DNA of 64,000 nucleotides from Eledone cirrhosa (lineage: Eukaryota). Numbering within the stretch: the stretch's first letter is position 1; every line of letters begins with the position of its first letter. Below, piece after piece: positions 38,776 through 53,182 of this stretch. The stretch is taken from assembly GCA_964016885.1 (NCBI GenBank), contig OZ024741.1, positions 293,198,001 through 293,262,000 on the forward strand, read 5' to 3'. The notes under the pieces are model-generated. The model had not been told where the DNA came from and did not search any database. It saw nothing but the letters and a program-made list of their open reading frames with translations. Both the position numbers and the translations under genes were made by a program.

Positions 38776-39027
38776 TCGCATTGATAGACACATTTTAATC
38801 ACTACTCAATGGACTTGTGAAGCAAAAAGTATATTCTAAATGACACTGAAAACATTTTAAATATCAAAATATTAAACCTTTATACATATATTCTACAGTC
38901 ATGACAATTTCAAAACAACACAATTTAAACATGCTGGTTTAGATCTTTTGCCTATTTCGTAGACATAAAATAAAGGGTGGATTATAATAGATTATATATA
39001 TATGTTCAAAATTATTTTAAAAATTCA

Positions 39028-39158
39028 AAGATGTGAAATTATAATTTATTCTTACATTTCTACACACATTTTAATATGGCTAAAATATCCCATGGGATAT
39101 TTTAATCGTATTGGAAGATGTGTAGAAATGTAAGAATAATAAATAATTTCATATTCTT
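39028..39158. repeat. Imperfect palindrome centred on taaaatatcccatgggatatttta
   Basis: ttattcttacatttctacaca pairs with tgtgtagaaatgtaagaataa, and the centre has no spacer. Confidence 0.8.
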
Positions 39159-39778
39159 GGCTCTTTTATAATTTTGAAGTTTAAACAACACCATATCGTT
39201 ACTGTCGATATTTTAATCGTCCAGTTTGTACGCCTGAGAAACTGAGGACGGTAATGTGCATTGAGCTTCTCTCGTCTTATCAAAGAAAATAGTGAATTAC
39301 TACACTATCTTTCAATTTGTTGAAAATATTCTTTCCTAACTCTAGCTTACAGCACGCATGTGTATGCTTGTTTAGTGCCATTTAATGCATGTTTGTCAAT
39401 CATTTGCTGCTACACTACAGTTGTAGTGATTAATTATAATTATGTCAGCTCCTATTTTTATGTTATTTTTCATATTCATACAATCACATCACTTGTGGTA
39501 TATCGAGATATTTCATAATATATAGATCCTAAGTGAAATCAGTGGGAAACCACAGTAAATAAGGTACTCAATACATTAGTAGAGTGTAAACAACAAAATA
39601 TAATCGAGAAATGGCTTTTACAGAACTAGAACTGTTTCAGTCATATAAAATTATCAATAATTTCATACAAATGAAACACTTCAGGTCCTGTAGAAGCAAT
39701 TTCTGTATTAAATGTTGTTGTATGTATATACACACATATATATATATATATATACATACACATATATATATATATATA

Positions 39779-39829
<51 letters not shown>

Positions 39830-40764
39830 GTATATGCATGTGTCAAAACAGCCGGAGTTCAGCCGTCGGGGTCTTGACTCTTTTCCTTTGGCATCAGGAA
39901 GGGCATCCAGCTACAGAAAACCAGCCAGAAACACCCGTATATGAACGAGACATGGTCATCCGATACAACTTGCCTCAAAATGGGGCCTGCCAAACCCATG
40001 CTAGCGTGGAAGATGGATGTTAATCGATGATGATGATGATGATATATATATATATTTATTTATTTATTGCCATGATCAGTGTTTGTTGTTCAATGTCATC
40101 AGACAAGTGTTTAAATGTAAATAAAGTTTTATTTTTATTTTTCATATGCTGGTCATTGAAGAGATGGTGATATTTCTGTTTCAGTCATATCATTGGCAGG
40201 CATATCAAAAACAACAACAAAAAAACACTATTTACATTTAAACACCTGATTGATGACATTGCATCAAATAACTGTTGTGTTTCTTCCACTTCTCACTCTC
40301 CTGTATCTTTCTATTTCAAATACTGCTACTTTAAAAAATGTTTATGAAGAAACAACTGACATCATAGTTATTTTGACAACACAGGAAATCTACAAAGAGT
40401 CAAAGTGTAATTTTGTGTTATGTTTGTGTGACTGGTTTTGCGTGAATGCTGTAGTAGTCGAAAAAGACGCATGGAATTAACCTTTGTTGGAATTGAATGG
40501 TAGTCTTACTGACCGAAAGGACAACGAAAGGATCAAAATTAGTCTCTATTTGCAACTACATTATCTGGGTTGGTGGAACAAACTGAACTGGACTGACTGT
40601 TGGACAGTATCATACATAGGAAATCACTTATATCTGAACCTAGAGGCCAGTGCCTGTGATAATATGATTAATTGTACCAACCTTAACCTTGGAGAACAAT
40701 AGTTCAAATCTCACTGTCTAGATTTTGCTACACACACGCGCGCGTGCGCACACACACTCATATA

Positions 40765-40980
40765 TATCATCATCATCATCATCTTCGTTTAACGTCCATC
40801 TTCCACGCTAGCATGGGTTAGACGGGAGTTGTCCCGCTTGAGGCAAGGTTGGTCGGGTGACTATCTGGCAGGTTTTCTACGGCTGGATGCCCTTTCTAAC
40901 ACCAACCACATTTACAGTGTGAAACTGGGAACTTTTTACTGTGTTACCTACACAACCACATTACAGCGTGGACTGTGTAT
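40765..40980 (-). mobile_element. RTE 3' UTR fragment with (GAT)n tail
   Basis: Homologous to 5523-5750. Confidence 0.8.
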
Positions 40981-40982
40981 TT

Positions 40983-41237
40983 GAGAATTCATCGGTTTCC
41001 AATCAAGTAGCGTGAAGAAATTTGGCTTAGTGTTAGAGGTCATTACCTCCCTCCCTCAGCATGCCTCTTCGTCAGTCACCAGCGTTTCTCAGTGATAGAG
41101 GTCATCACCACCCTCCCCCCGCATGGCCTGTGTGTGGCCATAGATGAGTCATCGAGAAGCAGTCGCTAAGATCAACACCTTTTCATGAAAGCAGATATTA
41201 TTTTACCTACCCAGGCAACGCTGGGTACTGCTGCTAG
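40983..41237 (+). mobile_element. Non-autonomous Helitron 3' end
   Basis: Hairpin TACCCAG-gcaacg-CTGGGTA (41208-41227), followed after 6 nt by CTAG and then T. The 5' boundary is uncertain. Confidence 0.65.
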
Positions 41238-41322
41238 TATATACATATATATGTGTGTATGTGTGTGTGTGTGTGTGTGTGCGTATGTGCATATGTATAT
41301 GTGTGTATATATATATATATAT

Positions 41323-42473
41323 GTTTCTTTTATTTGCCACTAGGGCATCAAAAGTGGGACAAGTACAAAGGGGGAGTTTACACAAAAAGGCGTCCTCAAT
41401 AAGGAGGAGGCAATAACAAAATATAAAAATAAAATAAGATATAACAAAAAATAAAATTTTTAACAAAATCCTCAATAGAGAGGAGGCGCCTTGGGGGGTC
41501 GCACACACCCCCGAAAAAAGTGTGCAACCCTTCTCCTCAGGAGCACAGAGAAGGGGTGCTCCCTTGGTCTTTCATCTTCCTCACCTATAGTCTGATGTAG
41601 AGTGAAGGCCCATTCACACGGGCCATTCTCGCCACTTTCACCCATCTTTCATAGAAACGGCTGGGGTGCAGCACCTCTCTCTCCATCCTGATCCTTCTTC
41701 CGAAATGATATCGGAAGAAACGGACCAGTTGTTGGCCAGAGAGAAAGGTGCCTGACCTCAGTCCTTTCAGACGCGTCCACCATACAACCTCTTTCGCCAT
41801 GGCTATTACGCACAGAAACACCGCCTCTGCTTCATCTTTGAAGGGGGGAGGCGGCTTGATCATTACAATAGACTCGGTGGTCAACCGGATCGGTCCCACC
41901 CTTGACAGCAGTTGTTCGACATAGCCCCACAGATCGGCTATGCCCGAGCAGTGTACCAATGCGTGTGCAACGGTTTCCTCGTCGCACACGCATCTGGGAC
42001 AGATCTTTTTGGCGGGGTCCCTACCCGGGCGCCCGTGTCTGTAGAGCCTTTCTCGAACGGGTAAAGCCCCTCGGTAGCACTGCCAGGCCAGGGACTTCTG
42101 GAAGTTGTCCATAGGTCCCGGGCTGAATGTCCTACCGAACAGGCTGGCCAGTTCGTCCTCCTCCATGTCTAGGGCTTCTCCGAGGGCGTCGTCGCACCTG
42201 CTGCGTACCAGCCCTCTATAGAATGTTGCGGTGGAGTCTCCACTGATAACTGAATCCGCCTGCCAGAGGGCGGTGAGCGCCTGGGCACACTCAGTGTGCC
42301 AGGCGCCCAGTTTTCTCGGTCTTTGCTTGACCCAGGATTGCAGCTCGGTGAGTGAGATGAGTCTGGGAAAGGTTCGCCTCACAAACGAGGCCCACACCGG
42401 TTGTCCGGTGAGGAATACGTAGAGGTGCCGTAGCCTTAATGCGTGTTTACGCATCATTAGCCACGGCATCCCC
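41323..42473 (-). mobile_element. L1/Tx1-clade LINE 3' fragment with target site duplication
   Basis: ORF 41585-42475 has AWQCYRGALPVRERL and CPRCVCDEETVAHALVHC (zf-RVT-like). The 3' end has AATAAA, and atatgtgtgt(at)n occurs on both sides. Confidence 0.85.
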
Positions 42474-42505
<32 letters not shown>

Positions 42506-42859
42506 GATTATATTGATGAGTATGCTGTATTGTAACTATAATTGCTTTGCCAGTTTCCTATCGTCTCTGTTTTGTTTGCTAATATAATAGTACTTGTTCT
42601 CACTATCTGTCTGTTTGCATATTCAATTTGATTTTTTTTCTTGGACTGCTTAGAAAATTATTTTTCTGTACTCATGTAAATATATCTTCATTTTGTTTTA
42701 TTTTCATTTTTGTTGTTATTATTAATATTCATGTTTGTCTTGATTTTGAGTCCTTTTTTTGGAATTTTGTTTTGGAATTTTATTTTTGTACTTCATATTT
42801 TTACTTGTATTTCTGAAAAATTTATATGCACTATATAATAATATTTTATCTTTGTTTCT

Positions 42860-43860
42860 ATTGTCATCATCATCGTCATTATTTATGTTATTATTGACTC
42901 TCTAATCTGTTATTGTAATCTTTGATATTATTATTCATAGTCTGGTTAAAATTATGATTATCATCATTATTATTATAATTGTTATTGTTGTTATTATTAT
43001 CATTATTATTATGGTCATTATTATCACTATTATCGTTGTTATTATTCTCATCTTGTTTTTTTTTGTGTTATCATCTGCACTACCATCACCCCTACCCCCA
43101 ATTATCACCACCATCACCATTATTACCATTATCATCACCACTTATACTACCATCACTGTCATGATCATCATCCCCATCATAACAACCAGCATCATTATCC
43201 CCACAACAACCACCATGACGACCACCACCATCACCATTATTACCATCATCATCACCACTCATACTACCATCACTGTCATCATCATCATCCCCATCACCAT
43301 CATAACAACCAATTTCATTATCCCCACAACAACCACCACCATCAATTACCATTGGTGGATTGGCAGTATTGGTAGAGGGTCGGACGCCATACTTTGCAGC
43401 ATAGAGTTACCTCCCTGTATGATCTGAGTTCAAATCCCGCCGAGGTTAACTTTGCCTTTCATCCTTACGGGGTCGATAAAATAAAGTACCAGTAATATAC
43501 TGGGTAATTGCTGGCCTTGTGCCAAAAGTAGAAACAATTATTACCATCATCCCCATCATAACAACCAACATCATTACCACCACAACAACCACTACCATCA
43601 TCATCATCATATACATCATCGCTTATCAGATCAAAGTCTTCAGTATTCCTGCTCCTACAAAAAATATTAACTCGACTTTTGTTACATCCTCTATGTTAGT
43701 ATCTCTTCTCAATTAGATTAATTCCAATAGATATATTTTTGTTGCTTTCTGTTGTTGTTGTCATTGTTGTTACAGTGTTTTTGTTGTTGTTGTTGTCACC
43801 ATTTTTGGTGTTGTTGTTGTTGTTATTGTTGTTGCTTTTGTTTTTTATCAATGTTATTTT
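42860..43860. repeat. Trinucleotide low-complexity region (ATT/ATC/ACC/GTT) with about 117-bp internal duplications, interrupted by a SINE
   Basis: The block atactaccatcactgtcat...ataacaacc...ccacaacaaccac repeats at about 43107, 43224 and 43540. Confidence 0.85.
43353..43540 (+). mobile_element. tRNA-derived SINE
   Basis: Close homologue of 9160 and 13014, with box B gagttcaaatcc. Confidence 0.88.
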
Positions 43861-44020
43861 TAATGTTGAAGTGTATAGAGGCATAAAAGTGTGAACAGTG
43901 ATTGGAATAGTATATTCTATAGATTTACAAATTTACATTTTCTGTTTGAATTTGGTCATACATTTTATACATATATGGCTATTCATGTGTATATCTATGT
44001 TTGGTGTTGGAGTATATAAA

Positions 44021-44080
<60 letters not shown>

Positions 44081-44231
44081 ATGTGTTTAGAATCCCGATG
44101 TAAATAGAGAGGCAAGCACTGTTAAAAAAATGGTTCTTAACATGTTAGAGTATAGGCAGAACTGTTTCTTTCATAAGAAATCACCAGGATAGTTCTGTAG
44201 AAGTCATTTCTATAATAAAATTATATATATA

Positions 44232-44310
44232 CAGGGTGTCTCCCAAAAATATATACACACTTCAACAGCATTCGAATGAATATATGTATACACTTTGGGG
44301 GGACACCCTA
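44232..44310. mobile_element. Tc1/mariner-type mini-MITE
   Basis: TA-cagggtgtctcccaaa...tttggggggacaccct, with about 25-bp imperfect TIRs in a TA context. Confidence 0.65.
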
Positions 44311-44328
44311 TATATATATATATATATA

Positions 44329-46912
44329 TCATCATCATCATCATCATCAACGTTTAACGTCCGTGTTCCACGCTTGCATGGGTTTGGACGGGGGTAGTCC
44401 CACTTGAGGCAAGAGTGATTGTCTTGCTCGCATAGGACTGTCTGGCAGGTTTTCTACAGTTGGATGCCCTTCCTAACACCAACCACATTTACAGTGTGGG
44501 TCTGGGAGGTTTTTACCGTGTTGCCTACACGGCCACATTACAGCGTGGACTGTGTGTTTTTTTGTCGTGACACCTACACGATCTCATTTGTTTCGGCCTG
44601 GATGGCGCGGCACCAACATAACTTTACATAGAACGGGGTGGTGTGGATGGGGTGGGGGTGGTGGTGGTGGGACGGGGTGTATTTTGTTAGAGATGCCTAC
44701 TGGCAAGGCAGGTCTTCTATATTACTGAGTACCGCCAAAGGTCTCGGTCCAGTGACATTGTCTTGGTGAGGTGTAAGTGTGTGAGGTCGGAGTTTATCAG
44801 CTCGTCCCAGGTTTTTCTGGGTCTGCCTATTCCGTGGCTACCGTCTATCTTTATTGCCCTGCACTTTGTTATACAGCTATCATCCTTCATGCGCATCACG
44901 TGACCATACCAACGTAGCCTTCTCTCTAGTAAACAACATCTGATCCCTCTTATTTCTAATTTTTTCCTTAGTTCGTTTATGCTTTGTCGTTCACGTATAT
45001 TACTATTATACATCCAGCGGAGCATGCAAGCTTCGTTTCTCTCTAGTCTGCGTATATCCTCTGCACACAATGCCCAGGTCTCACTGCCATGCAACATTGC
45101 TGTTCGTATGCAGGCATCGTACAGCCTGCCTTTCATTTTTAGGGAGAACCCTTTAGCGGCTAATAGTGGTATAAGCTCTCTGAACTTTTTCCACCCAGTT
45201 CTGACTCTAGCTACTGTACTTTCAGAGCACCCTCCCCCACTGCTGATTTTGTCACCCAGGTAACGGAAGCTGTCCACTATTTCTATAGAACCCTCTGCGC
45301 AGTTGAAAGAGCTAGTATTTTCTGGGCACTTGCTGCTACTTATATCCCCAGAACACCGGCCACATGTAAAATCTATGTTCTTAGTTAGCTTACCTGTGAT
45401 CCCACTACATCTTTTATGCACCCAAACTTTGCATTTGGGACACAAAATGGAATTTCTACCTACGCCTTTCCTACACTCTGCGCATGGCCACTTCCCGGAG
45501 GGGACCGCCGCCTTATTTTCTTTCTTACAAACTAGAACTTTAGTCTTAGCTAGGTTAATTTTAAGGCCTTTTGATTCTAGGCCGTGCTTCCATGTTTGGA
45601 ATTTCTTCTCTAGCTCGCCATTGATTCAGCTATGAGCGTTAGATCATCTGCGTATAGGAGTTCCCATGGGCAGCCGGTCTTGAACTCCACTGTTATAGCC
45701 TGGAGGGCAATAATAAATAGTAGGGGGCTAAGAACAGAGCCCTGATGAACACCAACTTTTACACTAAACTCTTCACTATATTCGTTGTTAATTCTAACCT
45801 TGCTAACTGTTTCTTTATACATGGCTTGTATAGCTCTCACAAGCCATTCATCAACACCTAGTTTTCTAAGAGCCCACCAGATAATGGAACGGGGGACTCT
45901 GTCGAAGGCCTTCTCCAAGTCGATGAAAGCTAAGTATAGGGGTTTTCTTTTAGCTAGGTACTTCTCCTGTAGTTGTCGTACAATGAAAAGAGCGTCTGTG
46001 GTACTTTTTCCTGACACAAACCCGAACTGCATTTCATCTAGATCAATTCGCTCTCTGATTAGTTGCGCTATAACTTTTTCCGTGACCTTCATGACCTGGT
46101 CGATTAATTTAATGCCTCTATAGTTACTCCTATCTAGGGCATCTCCTTTACCCTTATAACAGTTAACGATAATGCTGCTGCGCCAGTCCTTCGGAACAAC
46201 CCCATTCTGTATGACTTGGTTGACTATCCGGGTGACCATGGTGTGTCCCACCGTACCAGATGCCTTCAGCATCTCGGCAACTATTTCCGAAGGCCCAGCC
46301 GCCTTGCCTGTCTTCATATCTTTGATTGCCTTACTTATTATACTACCCTCAACTAACACTGCTGGTCCCTCTATTGGATCGATGTGGGGGAGACTGTCTT
46401 TCTCCCATTTATTCTCCTCATTTAGTAGCCTTTCATAGTGACACTTCCAAGCTACCTTCTTATCGGCGTCGGTGATGGCAAGTATGCCGTCATCGTTAAG
46501 TACACACTTCTCCCCGACAATATCACTGTTTTCCTTGACACATTGCCTAGCAATCCTGAACACCTCACGTTTTTGGTCATCGCGTTGTAGAACATGCTTG
46601 AACTTTCTTTCCTCTGCTTCCCTGCTTGCGAAGTACACTTGTCTCCTAGCTTCCCTCCTGGCCACTTGATAGTCTTCTCTGCTTCCCCCATCCCGCCATA
46701 CTTTCCAAGCCTGCTTTTTGGCCTTAATTGACCCCTCCACCTTACTGTTCCACCACCATGTTACTCTCCTCCTGCCTACAGGCCTGCTCCAGCCACAGAC
46801 TTCGTCTGCCGCCGTCAGCAGGTCTGCTTTCAGGAATTCCCACTGTTCCTCTACCTTGTACGTCTCTAATTGCTCTTCCTCACTGTCGAAAGCATCAAGT
46901 AATATGCTTTGG

Positions 46913-46915
<3 letters not shown>
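44329..46915 (-). mobile_element. RTE LINE, 2.6-kb 5'-truncated young copy with one frameshift
   Basis: ORFs 45610-46740 (NYRGIKL, DLEKAFD, GVHQGSVLSPLLF, YADD) and 44717-45445, with a frameshift near 45615. It has a (GAT)n tail and (TA)n on both sides. Confidence 0.95.
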
Positions 46916-46985
<70 letters not shown>

Positions 46986-47092
46986 CATACGTACATATAT
47001 ATATATATGTGTGCATGTATGTATATATATACATACTACTGTACGTCTGTACACATATATGTATGTACGTATAAATACTTATATATATATAT

Positions 47093-47260
47093 ATAGTAAT
47101 AATAATAAATTTGAAGACTAAAATCCAAAGAGGGCTCGATAAGGATAAATATATATCAAATATATAAGAACCGTAGAGCAAATATTTTTCTTGTAGAGCA
47201 AATGAGTTTCAGAAGTCCCTTTAAGGGTAAAAGCATCGATTCTTTGCTTAAACTTTAATC
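47093..47260. repeat. Short interspersed element end, also present at 60298-60385
   Basis: About 85 bp tagtaataataataaatttgaagac...gtagagc is nearly identical at both sites, and each follows (TA)n. Confidence 0.7.
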
Positions 47261-47289
47261 TGTTATTTTAATAAATATATATATATATA

Positions 47290-47510
47290 TTTTTCAATCA
47301 TATTTTTTTATTTGTTTGACCCAAATTACTTGGTCGTTTCTATGGCTGTGCGGATAATGGTTGAACCATCATCTCAGTGTGTTTGGCTTTTTAACGTATG
47401 TTGTAGCTCTGGTTCGTTAGAATCTATTGAGCGCTTGTCGCACATCTCGGAAGTTGTTTTTTGCTAATTTCCAATAGCCGAAATACAATTCTCGCTAATT
47501 TATATTTGTA
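47290..47510. mobile_element. Diverged family F copy
   Basis: Aligns to the reverse complement of 36320-36550 (ttgtttgaccc...tagctctggt...gagcgcttgtc...gccgaaat...ttctcgcta). Confidence 0.7.
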
Positions 47511-49374
47511 TATATATATATATATATAGTTGATAGATTTATAATATAGCCCAACTTAGCACCATCACCTGGTTCTTTTATGCTTTTAGCGGATACCAAG
47601 TCTCCAATTTCAGTGTAAGTTCCTGTCACTAGTCTCTGAGGACCTAAAAATATCAAGAGTCATTGGTACTTCCCTTGACTAAACAGTAAAATAATCCTAT
47701 GTATATATTGATGTTTTTATATTTATCGTTAAGTGTTTGTTCATACGGGGAACACATTTTCTTTCAAACAAGGTGTATTAACTTTTTTCGTTACTGTATT
47801 TCTGCCAGGAGTTGCTACTGGTAGATAGTATCAGCAATGGAAAAACCTATAGAAACATTGTTTCCTTGGTCTGATTTGATGATTTCCATCCAACTCAGTA
47901 AGCGTGTGAGGTCTGGCATCTAGTCAATCAAACTTTAGGCTATGTTATTGCTAATTAAATGCTTCGCATTTTAATTAATAATGAAGAATTTGGTAAGGAC
48001 TTACTAAAACTATAATTTCATTAAGATAATATTTGTAACATTAAATTTTCTTATATAAAATTATCCTAGAATGTTTTAGATTTAAGTAGGGTGATTTGTT
48101 GTAGACAGTTCAATATCAAAAGGGTTAAAGATACAATTCTGAGTTGAAAGCTTTTCATAAAAGATTTTCCACATGTATATCAGTCCTATATGTTTTGTTT
48201 GTTTAGTTTAGAAAAATTGTGATACTAATTTCTATGAATATTTCTATAGCTTCTCAATCTCATCAATAAAATAAAAAGGTACCAATATTGATGTGTTGTT
48301 TGTGTTTTACATAAGACTTCAAATGCTCATAGAAATTCTATAAGTGATCAATCACCAATGTTAGATTTAACCCATTTGATACCAAATCACCTGTAACTGC
48401 TCCTGGTTCTATGATACAAAGCTGTTTATTTTACAGTGTTTATATTTATCAATAACACCTTCCATCACAACATTAGGAAATAAAATTTATGCTCCAAACA
48501 CTAAGTATATGAGAAAGATAAATGTTACTAAATCCATCCAAATATTTGATTATATTCAAAATTTCTTGAAAATCATAGTCAGTGTCTTTTATTAGAATTA
48601 TTGTCATAAAAGTGTTAAAATCATTCAATGGTTATCTCTTGGCAGATTTCATGGCTTATTTAACGTACATTGCGGACACATTATTGGAAGCTTGTCTGAT
48701 GGATTGTACCTGTAATTCAATAAGCCATTCTTATCACACACTCTGTCATGTTGAATCACCCTGAGAATTATCTCATGGATCCATGTGTCCTTAGAATAAT
48801 CAGTTACTTGCATGTTAATTTAAATAGTAGGCAGGTCGCACCATTGAGCCAACAACTGCAACACTCAACGTTGAAACTGGCAGAGATCCAATCCGTGTAT
48901 CAGTGGGTTGAATTTCGTTTGTATTTAGGCATGAATATAGTTTCCAGAGCTTATTTATCCATCATTTCATGGAATTCTACACAGAATGGTAGTGTTGTAA
49001 AATATTTTTTCTATATGATTTGATTTTGTATACACTATTATGATATAATGTGATGGCTTCTTGTTATAAATGCATTGGCACTTGTTGAGAAATTGTTGTT
49101 TGTGTTTCTGATGTAACAGTCATGAAGTTTGCAAATTGCATTGCATGCATATATCTATATGTATTTACACACACACATATATATAACCAAAATGGAAATA
49201 TTTGGATATATATATATATAGAGAGAGAGGGGGGGGGGGTGAATGTATAGATTTATATGACCTTTTATCTTTCTTTAATGAGATGTGATTTATGTTGGAA
49301 ACTTGCTAACTTTAGAAATCTTTGTTATTTGTATTTATCTCTATGTATACATGTATTTAGTTATGTATGTGTGC

Positions 49375-49446
<72 letters not shown>

Positions 49447-49688
49447 ATATGTATGTGTGTGTGTGTGAGAGAGTGTGTGTGTGTGTGAGAGTGTGTGTTT
49501 CTGTATACAATTTTGTATGTATGTATATTTAAATCTGTAAATAGTCAAAATATATCAGAGTAATAATATATAACCAGAACCAAGCATCACAATGTCTTTT
49601 GAAGTTTAAATCTCACCTTCCAATAAATTTGCTAAATCAAAGTGTGTGTGTATGCATACAAACATCATACACACACACATACGTACAT

Positions 49689-49740
<52 letters not shown>

Positions 49741-49914
49741 TAAGAGAGTTTGGTGCAGGCATGGTTATGTGGTTAACAAGTTCATTTTGCAATCATGTTA
49801 ACCATGGACACTATTAGTGGTCCATGGCAGAGACAAATGATACCTGTCGAAGGTGATTTTCGTATTTTCTGTTCGTTAAACATGTACAAAGAATAGCCAC
49901 AATATGAGGCTGCA

Positions 49915-51085
49915 ATAATAATAATAATAATAATTATGAAATTATTGTGTACAGTGCTCAGGTGCACTACAATTCATCAAAGGTACATGTATAGTACATA
50001 GAATAATGTACAAATGTCAGGAGAGTAAAAAGTGTATGAGACATGATACATATTTGTGGATGTGTATAGAGGGGGGAATATCAGGAGTAGTGTTGGCGAA
50101 TTTCAGGAAGCATTGAGACTTTAAAGGATGCAGTGTCCTGGCAGCTAACAAGTGATGCAGGTAGCAACTCTGATCATGAAAATAATGTTTCTGAAAGTCA
50201 TGGGAGCAGTGTTGTTTTCTGACTTTGTAGGCGTACCCACTGGTGTTAGACACATGGAATTCAAAATGTTACTCAAGGTTTTTGTTGGCAAAAGGGTTAA
50301 TAATTTTGTGGGTTTCTACCAAGTCATTTGCCAGACGTCAGAGCTTCATTGTATTCATGCCCAGGGAAGCAAGACATTCAGAATATGGTAGATGCCTGAT
50401 GGAGGGTATTTGCTTGGTTGCGCATCCCTGAAGAGTTTCCAGAAGGTCAATATTCTGAGCAAGATAGGGGATCCAGACAGGTGATGTAAATTTTAAGTGT
50501 GGCTGCATCATAGATATATACAGCTTTAAATAGAGCAGCAGACAAAGGTCTTGCTGAGTGATGCCAAGACACCCTTGGCCTTCTTGACAATTTTAGAGAT
50601 GTGATTTGTCCAATGCAAATCACTGCTGACAATAATACCAAGGTCATATTCACAAGAATACTTCTTGATATTAGTGTTGTGGAGGGAGTATGTGGACACT
50701 GGGTTTTTCCTCTCAAAATGCATGGTGGTACACTTGTCCACAGCCAGCTTGAGTTGCCAGTCCATGATCCATTGCTGCATTGTGTCCAGGTCAGATTGCA
50801 GGAAAGATCTATAGTGTTCAGGATCTGTCCTTTTAATCTCAAGGTACAGCTTGATGTAATCTGCATATTTCAGCACTGTGGCATTCTTTAAGTTGGCATC
50901 TATGTCATTAATATATGCAACAAACAAAAGGGGACCAAGAACAGATCGCTGTGTACACCCGATGACATCTCATAGGGTGAAGAATGATGTCCTAGAACCC
51001 TGACTACCTCTTTTTGACTGAGAATGAATGACTTCAACCAGTTATAAAGATCATCTCTCACACCCATTGCAGAGAGTTTTGAACT
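49915..51085 (-). mobile_element. CR1 LINE 3' fragment, degenerate RT
   Basis: ORF 50526-50927 YINDI...KYADYIKL...LQSDLD...DLGIIVSSDLHW. The 3' end is homologous to 15290, with a (TTA)n tail. Confidence 0.88.
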
Positions 51086-51599
51086 AATGATTATACACTA
51101 TCAGTAGTTCAGCCAACATTTTACTCTCACAGCCCTCAGACTTACTTTTGGGTATAGATATTGTTGCTATTAAAAATGCAGCATTGATACTCTATCATTC
51201 TAAGGCCATATTTACTGTTAATGCATGGCTTAGCCATGAGAGCTCTATAATGAGCTTCATACTTATCATGGAGTCCTTTTGTGGCAATGTTTTATAGCTA
51301 GATCTCATTCCTGACACCAACACTTTTAGTCATTTCCTGCAATATGTAGGGTTACAGTCTACTTATTGTAAACAAGAAACATACTGCATGTGTCAGTAAT
51401 TAATGAATAAAAATATTTATATAAATTTATATAAATTTAACCCTTTTGATACTAAACTGCCTGGAATGGCCCCTGGCGCTCTATGTTGGAAAAAACATTA
51501 GTTTATTTTATAGTGTCTATATTTATCTAAATTACTTCTGTAATAATTTAATGTTAAATTATGCTCCCAGCACCAACTTAATCATTTTTTAAAAATTTA

Positions 51600-52190
51600 A
51601 TTATTGATTTAACGACAAAATGGAAGAAAACACATGACATTGAGTGCTTAAATGAGAGGAAAAAGAGGAAAATGGCTAGGATTGTTAAGCAACAGAAAAA
51701 AGGGGAAAAGGGAGATGGTGACTGTCTCTACACCTACATCTGTGTGGTGCTTTGGCTGTGCCTTGCAAACAAAATGTCAAAGGCATTGCTATGGACAATG
51801 GCCGGCGACACTGGCTGCAACAGCCACCCCACCTCGTGGGGCTTCTTCCTCAGATAGGCTGCTGTCGTTCCAATTTTATGGAGGAGGTCAGCTGTATGAG
51901 GTCCAAGGACGCCTGAGGTCTTGATAGAGACTGGTGCAAAGATGAAGCACCTGGACAAGCCCTGGTATTTGCTTATCTTTGTGTCCTCTGCATTGCAACC
52001 TACAGTACCAATGGTTTGTGGGTGAAGCAATAATGTTGGAGCTGGAGAATGTGTCGCATCCCAGATATGTGATTTACCTCCCTTGAATTGGAAGAGGGTA
52101 ATTCCGTTTGAGCACTTACCATCTCAACTTCCAAGTCGTATAGCTACCAAACAGCGGTGATATAGGGAGGGGACATGTGCCTAGGTGGGG
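51600..52190 (-). pseudogene. CRE-clade non-LTR retrotransposon endonuclease remnant
   Basis: DGKCSNGITL...GKSHIWDAT and AEDTKISKY...FAPVSIKTSGVLG...SPAIVHSNA resemble DGKRPDG...WDAT and K..KY...ET.G..G...RGNA. Confidence 0.7.
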
Positions 52191-52204
52191 AACTTTATAT
52201 GTAT

Positions 52205-52432
52205 GTATATATAAGGAACGATCGACTTTCGTCAAATCGGACCGAGGGAACAATGTTTCCGTTGGTCTTTCCAATTGCTAATACTATGTATCGGTCGCAA
52301 CTCCAGGTAGAAGGAGCAGCGTGAAATAAAGTGTCTTGCTCAAGGACATAACGCATCGCCTGGTCCAGGAATCGAACTCACAACCTTACCATTGCGAATC
52401 CAATTCTCTAACCACTCAGCCACATGCCTTCG
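52205..52432 (-). mobile_element. tRNA-derived SINE (second family)
   Basis: Minus strand tggctgagtggtt box A, gagttcgattcc box B, and tgtccttgagcaagacacttta. Confidence 0.85.
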
Positions 52433-52883
52433 CTGTATGTATATATATATATATATATATGTATATATAAGTATTTGTATGTGAGTGTGTATTAGTGAAG
52501 TGAGGATTGACCACAATTTCAGGCAGTTTTGGCTAGTTACCTCAATGTGTGTGTCCGTATATATATATATATATGTGTGTGTGTGTTTGTGTGCGCGTGT
52601 CTGTGCATGTATGTATATATAATTATGTGTATATGTATCTATACAGATGTATGTATATATATATATATATATTTATTTGTGTATCATTTGTCTGTATATA
52701 TATGTACATGATAGTTAATGTGAGGAGTGTGAGTGGTGGATGGGTGTATGTGTGGTGGGTGTGGATTCCTTTACAAATCTGTAGTTTATTAATTTTGCAC
52801 TGACCTAAGAAGTCAACAATCATTTGTTGTGTAATGTTGTGAGAAATCTACTGAAGCAGAGTTTATTACAAAGTAATGGGTTT

Positions 52884-52892
52884 AAACATGAT

Positions 52893-52963
<71 letters not shown>

Positions 52964-53025
52964 TACATATATATATATACATATATATATACATATATAT
53001 ATATGTATGTATGTATACAGATATA

Positions 53026-53083
<58 letters not shown>

Positions 53084-53151
53084 TGTATACATATATATAT
53101 ATATATCTATATATATCTATATATATATATATGTATGTATGTATACAGATA

Positions 53152-53182
<31 letters not shown>

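Noticed and set aside
42935-43427. Ile/Thr-rich and Asp/Gly-rich ORFs
   Set aside because: They derive from trinucleotide low-complexity repeats.
47185-47255. Hammerhead-like AGCAAA...GAAAC...TTTGCT on the minus strand
   Set aside because: No CUGANGA equivalent could be placed.
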